From Eledone cirrhosa (lineage: Eukaryota): 64,000 nucleotides of DNA. The notes under the pieces were generated by a model. The model was given only the letters and a program-made list of their open reading frames with translations. It was not told the origin of the DNA and did no database searches. Position 1 is the first letter of the stretch; each line of letters starts with the position of its first letter. The DNA lies in assembly GCA_964016885.1 (NCBI GenBank), contig OZ024743.1:347262001-347326000 (forward strand). Direction: 5' to 3'. Shown here in pieces: positions 1-10,265 of the stretch. The translations under genes were made by a program, and so were the position numbers.

Positions 1-139
1 GATGTGGTAAACGGCTGAAAGAAATGCGTACTCAATAACGGAATAGTGTATAAATAGTCAATTTATATAAACAGATCCACTATTCAGCCTTAATAAAATG
101 AATATACATACATACATGAATATATATACATACATACAT

Positions 140-1339
140 CCCTTTTAACCTCGTCCACCGTATAACCTCTTTCACCATAGCCATAACACATAGGAAAACC
201 GCCTCTCCCTCGTTTTGGAAGGGGGATGGCGGTTTGATCATGACAATGGACTTGGTGGTCAACTGGATTGGTTCCACCCGCGACAATAGTCGTTCTACAT
301 AGCCCCACAGGTCGGTAACGCCCGGGCAGTGTACAAATGCGTGCGCGACTGTTTCCTCGTCGCGCACGCATCTCGGACAGATCTTTTTCGAAGGATCCCT
401 AACCGGGCGCCCGTGTCTGTAGAGCTTGTCTCGAACTGGTTGAGTTCCTCAGTAGCACTGCCAGACCAGAGACTTTTGGAAGCTGTCCATTGGTCCCGGG
501 CGGAATGTCCTACCGAACAGACTGGCCAGTTCGTCTTCCTCTACGCCTAGAGTTTCTCCGAGCGCATCGTCGCACTTGCTGCGGACCAACACTCCAGAGA
601 ATGTCGAAGTCGAGTCTCCACTGATCGCCGGGTCCGTTTGCCAGAGGACTGTGAGAGCCTGAGCATATTCGATGTGCCAGTCGCCCATTTTCCTCGGTGT
701 TTGCTTGACCCAGGACTGCAGCTCGGTCAGCGAGACGAGTCGTGGGAAGGCTCGCCTCACGAACGGAGCCCACACCTGTTGTCCGGTGAGGAATACGTGG
801 AGGTGCCGCAGCCTGAGCGCGTGTTTGCGCATCGTCAGACACGGCATCCCCAGCCCTCCGTTTGAAGGGTGTTGGCAGCAGATGGATCTTCTCACCAAAG
901 GCGCCCGTTTCTTCCAAAGAAATTGGAAGAGCGCGCGCTCCATTTTAGTGAGCGTTTTGGCTGGACAGGGCACGACGCTCAAGCGGTAGCAGATGACAGA
1001 CACTATAAAAGTGTTCGCCATCTCCGCTCGACCTTTCAAGGATAGTTTGCACTCGGTCCACTTCAGGGTGAGCGCAAACAACTTGGCCGTCACCTCGTTC
1101 CAGTTTTTCTCCACCTGGAGGTCTGGACCAAACCAGACCCCGAGTAGCTTTACTGGTCCTTCAGTCCAGCGTCCGACGACGCCATCGGAAGGCATCGGTT
1201 TGCCTCTCCACGTTCCGAGTTGCAAACCGAAGGATTTGTCCCGGTTCAGCTTCGCTCCTGAGAACCTTTCGTATTCCTCCAGTAAGGTGCCGACCTCCCC
1301 GATTTGCGAGGTGTTCGACACCATTACTGTCTCGGACAC
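140..1339 (-). mobile_element. Tx1/L1-type LINE ORF2 fragment (RT C-terminal part plus zinc-finger region), truncated at both ends
   Basis: ORFs 449-1339 and 80-367 are closely similar to the C-terminal part of ORF2 at 31829-35290 (GLQLGTWRG, KLLGVWFGPDLQ, CPRC..EETVAHA.VHC). The sequence runs into a (TACA)n tract before the normal 3' UTR. Confidence 0.92.
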
Positions 1340-1373
1340 TTTAAAATGGGTCCGTCGAGCTGCCGATTATTGA

Positions 1374-1436
1374 GTCGGGTATGATCGATACAGATCGAAC
1401 CTTGAGCTGATCAGTGGCGAAACGCGCGTCACCTAC
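1374..1436 (+). ncRNA. Degenerate hammerhead ribozyme motif (Penelope pseudo-LTR type)
   Basis: 3' half GAAAC-GCGC-GTC-ACCTAC with palindromic stem III; stem II TACAGATC/GATCAGTG; 5' core altered (ATGATCGA instead of CTGANGA); AATAAA follows. Confidence 0.45.
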
Positions 1437-1586
1437 CAATAAATGTAATGAAGGAGTAACTAATCATACTTGTTATCCTTTCAATATATTACACTCTGTA
1501 TAGCTATACACCACAACACAGAAGTGAACCTAAACATCGAGTGCTCACCCGGGTGAACCTGCAGTAACTCCAAGTTACACTCCCTA

Positions 1587-1629
<43 letters not shown>

Positions 1630-1784
1630 TTATATATATATATATGTGTGTGTGTGTGTATGTGTGAGTGTGTGTTTGATTGTGTGCGTGCGCGCGTGTG
1701 TGTGTGATAATAATTCTCAAACGATTTCATAGCATAGGACCGAAAAACCTTCGATCGCTTTCCCTCTCACTCAATGCTTTAAAT

Positions 1785-3918
1785 CACTGGTTCTCAACAC
1801 ATTTAGGCCCAAAATGTCCCTGGAAATCACGAAACGCCCCCTACCATATTTTTCCATTTTTCAATATACTACTGATTTAGATTACTAAAAAAATTGATTA
1901 ACAATATTCCAAAGATACCATTGCAGGCAAGCTGAGAGTATAAATACATTCCTTGAAAGGAAATATAGAAATGTCCAAAAAAAGGAACATAAATGTTCTT
2001 TTTTATGAATAAGGCCCATTTAAATTTGTTATATTCCCACCAGGCGATACCAGTTGTTTTGAACATTTATACAAGAGCAAATCTGTCTATCACAAGAGTG
2101 CTCTTATCTGGAAGAAAGTGGCAATAATATCATTTAAAGCTTTCCAATTTTCCCTTTAATGAAACGGACAGAATAAATGTTGATATCAAACTTGATGTCC
2201 CTCTGCTTTGTGAGCTTAGATACCACGGAAGAGGGTTTTCATGACCACGCGGGAGGGTATATATATTAATAAACGGTAAAATATATACAACAAATGTGTA
2301 ATTGAATTGTAGTAGATGGTTTCCAGTCCAGTCAGACTGCAACTACAAATAAAAACATTGTTAGTTTTTCTTTGTAACAATAGCATATCTAAGTTTTCGC
2401 ATAAATCAACTTACTTTAACTTTGACTCATTTCAATGGGACCCTTGAGCTTCATGGAGTCTAGCTAACTCTTTGACGTGAGGCTGAATTTTCCTAAGATG
2501 TAGCCAGAGATCTCCACGTGTAATTACATTGTAGCTGTTGCGAGCCTTACTGTGCAGTCTGGAAACAGCACCAAACCTCCTCTCGACTAAGTATGAGCTT
2601 GGAAAAGGCAGAGCAAATCTCTTAGCCTCTGCATGTAGGTGTGGATATCAACGCTGAATTTCCTCTTGCAGAGGCTAAGATGTATGTATTAACTGCCTGT
2701 GTGTTGTATGTAGTCCTAGATGTATGTATTACCTGCTTATGTGTTGTATGTAGTCCTAGATGTATGTATTACCTGCTTATGTATTGTATGTGGCCCTAGA
2801 TGTATGTATTACCTGATTGTGTTGTATGTGGTCCTAGATGTATGTATTACCTGCTTATGTATTGTATGTGGTCCTAGATGTATGTATTACCTGATTGTTT
2901 TGTATGTGGTCCTAGATGTTTGTATTACCTGATTATGTGTTGTATGTGGTCCTAGATGTATGCATTACCTGATTGTGTTGTATGTGGTCCTAGATGTTTG
3001 TATTACCTGCTTATGTGTTGTATGTGGTCCTAGATGTATGCATTACCTGATTGTGTTGTATGTGGTCCTAGATGTTTGTATTACCTGCTTATGTGTTGTA
3101 TGTGGTCCTAGATGTATGCATTACCTGATTGTGTTGTATGTGGTCCTAGATGTTTGTATTACCTGATTATGTGTTGTATGTGGTCCTAGATATTTGTATT
3201 ACCTGCTTATGTGTTGTATGTGGTCCTAGATGTATGTATTACCTGCCTGTGTGTTTTATGTGGTCATAGATATGTGTGCGCTACCTCCTTATGTGTTGCA
3301 TGTGGTCCTAGATGTGTGTATTACCTGCTTATGTGTTGTATGTGGTCCTAGATGAGTTTATTACCTGCTTATGTGTTGTATGTGGTCCTAGATGTGTGTA
3401 TTACCAGCTTATGTGCTGTATATGGTCCTAGATGTGTGTGCTATCCGCTTCTGTGTTTTTATTCTTTTTTTTATTTGTAATATTATTTATACAATAGGGA
3501 ATGAAATAGATCTACATAGTGTTAACTCGTTACGGTTGAGTCAATAATTTCAGACATGAAATACATTGTTATCGGTGAAGGAAAGATAAGATTCTAACTG
3601 GCTGCGCTCAAAGTGTCCTTGAACCAGTTGACTGTGGATTTTTTCATTTTTAGGATCTCAATTATCGGTTAATGTCTAGACACGCCTGCACACCTGCTCA
3701 CAGCTGCGGTCAGACTATAGTTATGCTGTGTGCAAGCTCATTCAAATGCATTCACAGTGGCTGTCTCAAAGACATACACATATGGCTTATAAAACTTACC
3801 AAAGTAAAGAGCCTTCCATCCCCCTCCCCCACAGACTCCAAACGCCCCCCCCCCCCCTAACGCGACTTTGCTCCCAAACGCCCCCGTGGGTGCATATGCC
3901 CCCCGTTGAGAAACTTTG
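1785..3918. mobile_element. Non-autonomous hAT (Charlie/Buster-like) DNA transposon
   Basis: Termini CACTGGTTCTCAAC and GTTGAGAAACTTTG are imperfect TIRs of Charlie type. A perfect 8-bp TSD CTTTAAAT lies at 1777-1784 and 3919-3926. A possible decayed transposase C-terminus lies near 3525-3700. Confidence 0.85.
2681..3455. repeat. 40-bp minisatellite (with 38-bp variant units), roughly 19-20 copies
   Basis: Unit TGTATGTATTACCTGCTTATGTGTTGTATGTGGTCCTAGA in head-to-tail tandem, inside the hAT element. Confidence 0.95.
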
Positions 3919-4150
3919 CTTTAAATAAGCCAGTATCGTTGGGATACAAATCTAAAGAAAGCAGAGTGCACACTAATTCGTTACATAATAAGAAAAATGA
4001 TATTATATCATTAATATTTATACCGGTGAAAAGTATCTGAATATTACATAACAGATACCATCGACGTATGTTTAACAGCGATTACGTAATAAATAGAATG
4101 TGGTGAAATTCAAACCTACTGCCTTCTAATTCATTACTATATATATTTAC

Positions 4151-4234
<84 letters not shown>

Positions 4235-4275
4235 GTTTGCGTGTGTGTGTGTGTGTGTATACATATATATAAGTA

Positions 4276-4307
<32 letters not shown>

Positions 4308-4384
4308 GTAATAATAATAAATTTGAAGACTAAAATCCAAAGAGGGCTCGATAAGGATAAATATATATCAAATATATAAGAACC

Positions 4385-4990
4385 GTACACACATATTTAT
4401 ATGTGCGGTGGTTTTGTATACCTATGGCAAGTGTTTTCGCGTATGCTCGTGTATGTACGTATTTGCATGCGTGTATGTATTTATTTAATTCCTTTACCTC
4501 TGTATGGTATTTTATTTACTTTATTCTTAACTCTGAAGCGGAGATTCATTGGGTTTCCTAGTTAGAATTTTAGTCTACGACTTCAGCTATACCATTTACG
4601 TGGTTTTGTCTTTGCGTGCAATTGTTCTCCACGCTCCACACATGACGTATTATCTTCGTTTTTTTCCGTTCATTGCCAGAGAAGGTCTATTTGAACCGCC
4701 TAAGAGAACATTAGTCTACGACTTCTTTTATACCGTAAACGTGGTTCGGTCTTTGCGCGTAATTGTTTTTCACCGCTCCTATTAATGACGTATTATATTC
4801 GTTTTTTCCCGTTCTTTGCCAGGGAATGTTTCCACGAACCAAAGTATCGTCTTCCTGTCTTCCTCCGGTTGCAACGTTTTTTGAAATATCCACTTCTGCG
4901 TTTACAGATTGACTTTGTTAGTTTCAGAAGATCCCGTTAAGGGTGAAAGCAGCGATTCCTTGCTTAAACTTTAATCTGTTATTTTAATAA
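4385..4990 (+). mobile_element. Solo 3' UTR/pseudo-LTR of a Penelope-like element
   Basis: Similar in reverse complement to 55400-55990, which lies directly downstream of the GIY-YIG ORF 56387-56788. Contains an internal duplication (4570-4680 / 4710-4830) and ends in (TA)n. Confidence 0.8.
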
Positions 4991-5051
4991 ATATATATAT
5001 ATATACATATATATAAATGTATGTATATATATATAAATATATATATATATT

Positions 5052-5139
<88 letters not shown>

Positions 5140-5236
5140 TATAACTCACTCAATGTGCAAATTAGGCTTCTCAGCCGTTAATATGCATAAAGAAAGTATA
5201 TACTTTCAGACGTTCAATCATCTGGCAGGAAGGTAT

Positions 5237-5279
5237 ACGTTGCTGACCATAGCTAATAAGCTTGAAACTAGTACACCGT
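5237..5279 (+). ncRNA. Type I minimal hammerhead ribozyme, core-mutated copy
   Basis: ACGTTG-CTGACCA-TAGC-TAATAA-GCTT-GAAAC-TA-GTA-CACCGT; G8 changed to C. Confidence 0.65.
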
Positions 5280-5657
5280 TCCTTTGTCAGGGTTGAACAA
5301 ATGAGCAACGATGGTTGCTAGACACTGTACGTCTTAATTCGTGATATTTGTTTACAAACACACCGAGCATTATAATAAATGTTCGGTGAATCCATACGTG
5401 CATATGTATATGTATGCATGTATGTATATATATATACATACTACTGTACGTCTGTATACATACATGTATGTAAGTGTACATTCTTATATTTAAGTAACAG
5501 CCGTACTAAGAGTGAGAAATGAAATTTCGTTTCATTTTTTCCGTTTATCGTTTTCGGTACCCCGGCCGATTAACTCACTCGATATGCCAATTAGGCTGCT
5601 CAGTCGTTAATATGCATAAGGAAAGTATAGACGTTCAATCATCTGACAGGAAGGTAT

Positions 5658-5700
5658 ACGATGCTGACGATAGCTAATAAGCTTGAAACTAGTACAGCGT
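5658..5700 (+). ncRNA. Type I minimal hammerhead ribozyme
   Basis: ACGATG-CTGACGA-TAGC-TAATAA-GCTT-GAAAC-TA-GTA-CAGCGT: intact CUGANGA/GAAA core, GUA triplet, palindromic stem III (ACTAGT). Confidence 0.8.
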
Positions 5701-5904
5701 TCCTTTGTCAGGGTTGAACAAATGTGCAACGATGGTTGCTAGACACTACGGCTTAATACTGGATATTTGTTTACAAACAGACCGAGCATTATAATAAATG
5801 TTCGGTGAATACATACGTGCATATGTATATGTGGGCATGTGTGTATATATACATACTACTGTATGTCTGCATACATATATGTATCTACGTGTACATACTT
5901 ATAC

Positions 5905-5987
<83 letters not shown>

Positions 5988-5999
5988 TAATCATACATA

Positions 6000-6233
6000 T
6001 ATAGATATATGTACACACACCTACATACGCACACACACAATTAATTCTAAGAAAAAATAAAATGCAATAGGCCGTCAAATAAAAATTAAAATTAAAAAAA
6101 TATATACGACTTAAGAAAATAAAAATTATTATAAAGTTGACAGCGATACAGGAAAGCACACAAATAAATAAACAAACACACGTGGTAAGCAATACACACA
6201 TTTACACATACACATACATTTATATAAAAATGT

Positions 6234-6240
<7 letters not shown>
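6000..6240. repeat. Dispersed repeat; inverted copy at about 14960-15240
   Basis: GTTGACAGCGATA..GGAAAG.ACACAAATAAATAAAC...CACGTGGTAAGCAATAC is present in reverse complement at about 14985-15050, and the flanks also match. Confidence 0.85.
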
Positions 6241-6310
<70 letters not shown>

Positions 6311-6317
6311 CACACAC

Positions 6318-6348
<31 letters not shown>

Positions 6349-6370
6349 CACACAAATATATATATATATA

Positions 6371-6700
6371 TTAATATTAATAACTCTGGAAAACCATTTT
6401 TGTTGAGTGCTTCCAATCTGTTGTAAACTCATTCTTTGATTTATTCAATGAACCTTGTTTAACTTTTAAATATATATATATATGTATAAGAAAATACATA
6501 AATATTATATATATGTAAAAAAATAAAAAGGTGAAAGGGGTAAACAAATAGTTGGGAATACGACAAATAAGAAATAAATAAATAAATACATAGATAAAAG
6601 TATAAATGTTTATAGCTGATTTAGAGCACTCGACAAGTTCCTCGAGCAAATAATCAATGAAAATAAACATTAAATCACTCTGTGTGTAATTATACATATA
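6371..6700. repeat. Two short modules (A 6371-6470, B 6485-6700) repeated in inverted order at 8940-9150 (B) and 9545-9652 (A)
   Basis: Direct reverse-complement similarity. Module A also occurs at 24565-24665 as the 3' continuation of an HHR-bearing repeat. Confidence 0.85.
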
Positions 6701-6716
6701 CATACACATATATACA

Positions 6717-6836
<120 letters not shown>

Positions 6837-6839
6837 ATT

Positions 6840-8520
6840 TAATTAGTGATATCAAATTTCGTAAGTACAATAATAATGTTCAAACTAAATTTTCTAACGA
6901 TATTTCTAATTTTTAAAATTCTACAAACACTTTTGTTCTTTCCGATAAAACTAAAAATCTTTGTATAACCAACTTTTAACTAATAGTATCACCAACAAAT
7001 ATCAATTAGCTAACAATAACACCTACAATACTATTAATAAAGAAGCTAAAGAACTAGCTTGTTCTTTAAAAATAGACAACCGGATTGAAAGCCTAGCTAA
7101 ACCTAAATTAGACTTTACTAATCGACCTGACTGTAACCTGGCTAAATCCGAAGTTGGCCTTGCAAGTAAAAAAATCTTAAGAAAAAAAATTCTCAAAATC
7201 AGAACTAAGACTGACTTATCACAATGGTTAAATGCATCCTCTGTTATTTTTTGGTTTAATAATATACAAGGTCAAAATAAGTGTAGATTTACCCAATTTG
7301 ATATTGTTGATTTTTACCCCTCTATTACTGTTTCCTTATTAACTAAAGCCTTATGTTTTGCAAGACCCTTCATTAATATATTTCTAAATTAGAAGAAGAC
7401 ATTATCCTTCATGCGAGGAAAACTCTACTCTTTACTAATGAGAGTATTTGGGTTAAAAAGTCAAGCCCTGAAAACTCTTTTAATGTTGCAATGGGTTCAT
7501 ATGACAGTGCGGATGTGTGACTTAGTAGGATTATTCCTTCTCCACACACTTAAAGAGAAATTTTCTTCCCATAATATCGGTTTATACCGTGACGACGGAT
7601 TGGCAGTTTCTCATACCACCAACGGCCATAACCTTGATAAATTCCGTAAAGATTTAATCAATACTTTTGCTAACCTAAACCTTAAAATTACTATAGATAC
7701 GAACCTTACCAATGCTAACTTTCTTGACATTAATCTTGATCTACTTACTGCCTCTTTTAAACCTTATCATAAACCTAACGAAAATCTAAGATATATACAC
7801 AAAGAGTTTTGTCCCTATAGTTTGCCCCTATAAGATATTTAATAGAAATGTAGTTAAAATCAGTTACTCTTGCTGCCCATATATGAAGTCTAAAATCACC
7901 AATACTAATCGTACGAGAATAAATCCAGGATGCAGTTGCAGGAAGCCGGATGAATGCCCATTACAGGGCAAATGTAATACCAAATCCGTTGTATATGAGG
8001 CTAAAGTGACACCTTTGATTAACAACCAGCCAGCCAGGAGTGAACGATATGTTGGCATGACTCAGGTCAGGTCCAAAACCAGGTTTTATGCACATGTCGC
8101 TTCTTTTAAACACTCTGATAAAAGAACAGCAACGGCTCTCGCAAATAAGGTGTCGGAATTCAAAGATAAAAACATCCCCTACTCTATCGATTGGTCTATT
8201 TTAGACCATTCGAGGGAATACCAAAGGGGTACAAAGAATTATTCTTTTTGTACCACTGAAAAATTTAGAATTCGACAAAACTTGAAAGCCACTTCAACTT
8301 GCCTGAACGCCAAGACCGAGATATTCAGATGTTGTCCTCACCTAAAATGAAATCTGCTCTGTAACTGGATTGACATTCCTACGATGACTCAACTACCATG
8401 AACTTCTCTGCTCTTTACGCCTTACATCCAGTACGATTTTTATTACTCTCTGAACTCACATTCTGTACCCTTATATTCTTTTTCTCCCTTATCTCCCCTT
8501 ATTTTAAAACTCTTTCCTAT
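6840..8520 (+). mobile_element. Penelope-like retroelement (RT plus C-terminal GIY-YIG), decayed, Hydra-clade-like
   Basis: Fragmented ORFs contain QFDIVDFYPSI, GLYRDDGL, NFLDINLDL, KPNENLRYIH, linker CSCRKPDECPLQGKC, VVY...YVG, C..EK and LNAKTEI..CCPH. Frameshifts and an internal deletion are present. Confidence 0.92.
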
Positions 8521-8576
8521 GTTATTTATGTTCCTTATTTATTTCTGTGTGTATGTATGTGTTGTGTATATGTGTA

Positions 8577-8636
<60 letters not shown>

Positions 8637-8659
8637 ATTATATATATATGTATGTATAT

Positions 8660-8709
<50 letters not shown>

Positions 8710-9354
8710 GTGTGTGTGTGTGTGTTTATATGTGTGTGTGTATTTTTATTAAGGTGGTGACGTAACTTTTTGTATATATGTGTGTGCGTATATTAGTGTG
8801 TCTGTGTATATGTGTATTTATATATATATATATATAATAGCCGTCGAAACGGCGTGAGCTCTGCCGTCGGGGTCATACTTTTTCCTATATATATATATAT
8901 ATATGTATTTGTATGGTTGTGTGTGTAAATGTGTATGTATATGCATAATTACATACAGAGTGCTTTAATGTTTATTTTCATAGATTATTTGCTGCAGGAA
9001 CTTTTTGAGTGCTCTAAATCAGGTATAAACATTTATACCTTTATCTATATATTTATTTATTTATTATTTGTCGTATTCCCAACTATTTGTTTACCTCTTC
9101 CACCTTTTTATTTTTTTATATATATATAATATTTATGTATTTCTGATATATATATATATATTTCAGTTTATTTTGATCATGCCTTTATTTTTAAATTTTC
9201 TCATTCCTTGTATTTTGATCATGCTTTATTTTTATTTATTATTTATTATATTTTTGTCTTTATTTGTTAATTTTTCATTCGCACCGTTTCCTTTCGCTAT
9301 ATGTCTCTCCACCACTCCCTACACACCTTTTGAACTCTGTTCCCACACACTTCT

Positions 9355-9390
9355 CACCTGAAGAAGGGCTTATGCCCGAAACGTCGTCCC
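9355..9390 (+). ncRNA. Minimal hammerhead motif
   Basis: CAC-CTGAAGA-A-GGGC-TTAT-GCCC-GAAAC-GTC-GT; loopless palindromic stem III (ACGT); weak stem I; AATAAA about 35 nt downstream. Confidence 0.65.
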
Positions 9391-9473
9391 CCACCTACCC
9401 CCCACTCTCCTGAGCGTGAATTTAATAAACATTTATCGTACTGCCTCTCTGTTCTGTCCCTGTTCAATTTTTC

Positions 9474-9549
<76 letters not shown>

Positions 9550-9666
9550 TTTAAAAGTTAAATAAGGTTCAATGAATAAATCAGAGAATGAGTTTTACAA
9601 TAGATTGGAAGGACTCAACAGTTATGGTTTTCCAGAGTTATTAATATTAATATATATATATATATA

Positions 9667-9749
9667 TAGGAACAAGTATGACCCCGACGGCAGAGCTAAA
9701 AGCCGTTTCGACGGCTTGAGCTCTGCCGTTGGGGTCATAATTGTTCCTA
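9667..9749. repeat. Near-perfect hairpin of a small (TA)n-embedded family; single arms at 8838-8887 and 17331-17392
   Basis: TAGGAACAAGTATGACCCCGACGGCAGAGCT..AAGCCGT-TTCG-ACGGCTTGAGCTCTGCCGTTGGGGTCATAATTGTTCCTA. Confidence 0.9.
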
Positions 9750-9903
9750 TTACCCACTCTACTAACCTAAGTATTGAGTGCTTTGGTGCGTTATGGTCCA
9801 TCTGGTTCCTTACCACATTTCCTTCGTTATATATTTATATATGTATATATATATATATATAATCAATAACAAAGAACGCCTATAGCATATGCATATCTTT
9901 ACT

Positions 9904-9949
9904 TGCTAACATTGTTTCATCCGCACTATAAGTGGGACTCATCAGAGCA
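9904..9949 (-). ncRNA. Type I hammerhead ribozyme at the 3' end of the minus-strand Penelope-like element
   Basis: Minus strand reads TGCT-CTGATGA-GTCC-CACT-TAT-AGTG-C-GGAT-GAAAC-AAT-GTT-AGCA; all three stems pair and the core is intact. Confidence 0.85.
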
Positions 9950-10045
9950 TAAAGGTTAATTACATACCACACAAGCAATAACAAATCCAAGACATTGAAG
10001 AAATAAAGAGTGAAAAATAATGAAAGATAAAAGATATTGAGGAAG

Positions 10046-10265
10046 TAAAAATAAAAATAAAAATAAAAATAAAAATAAAAATAAAAATAAAAATAAAAAT
10101 AAAAATAAAAATAAAAATAAAAATAAAAATAAAAATAAAAATAAAAATAAAAATAAAAATAAAAATAAAAATAAAAATAAAAATAAAAATAAAAATAAAA
10201 ATAAAAATAAAAATAAAAATAAAAATAAAAATAAAAATAAAAATAAAAATAAAAATAAAAATAAA
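10046..10265. repeat. (TAAAAA)n hexanucleotide microsatellite
   Basis: Perfect tandem run inside the Penelope-like 3' UTR. Confidence 0.97.

Larger units (their letters stand above)
5142..5900 (+). repeat. Head-to-tail duplication (about 430-bp period), each unit carrying a hammerhead motif; retrozyme or tandem pseudo-LTR
   Basis: Units start at 5142 and 5571 (TAACTCACTC...TTAGGCT.CTCAG); flanked by (TA)n-rich tracts. Confidence 0.85.

Noticed and set aside
2681-3455. Regular 40-bp repeat resembling a CRISPR array
   Set aside because: There are no unique spacers and no cas genes, and the context is eukaryotic; it is a plain minisatellite.
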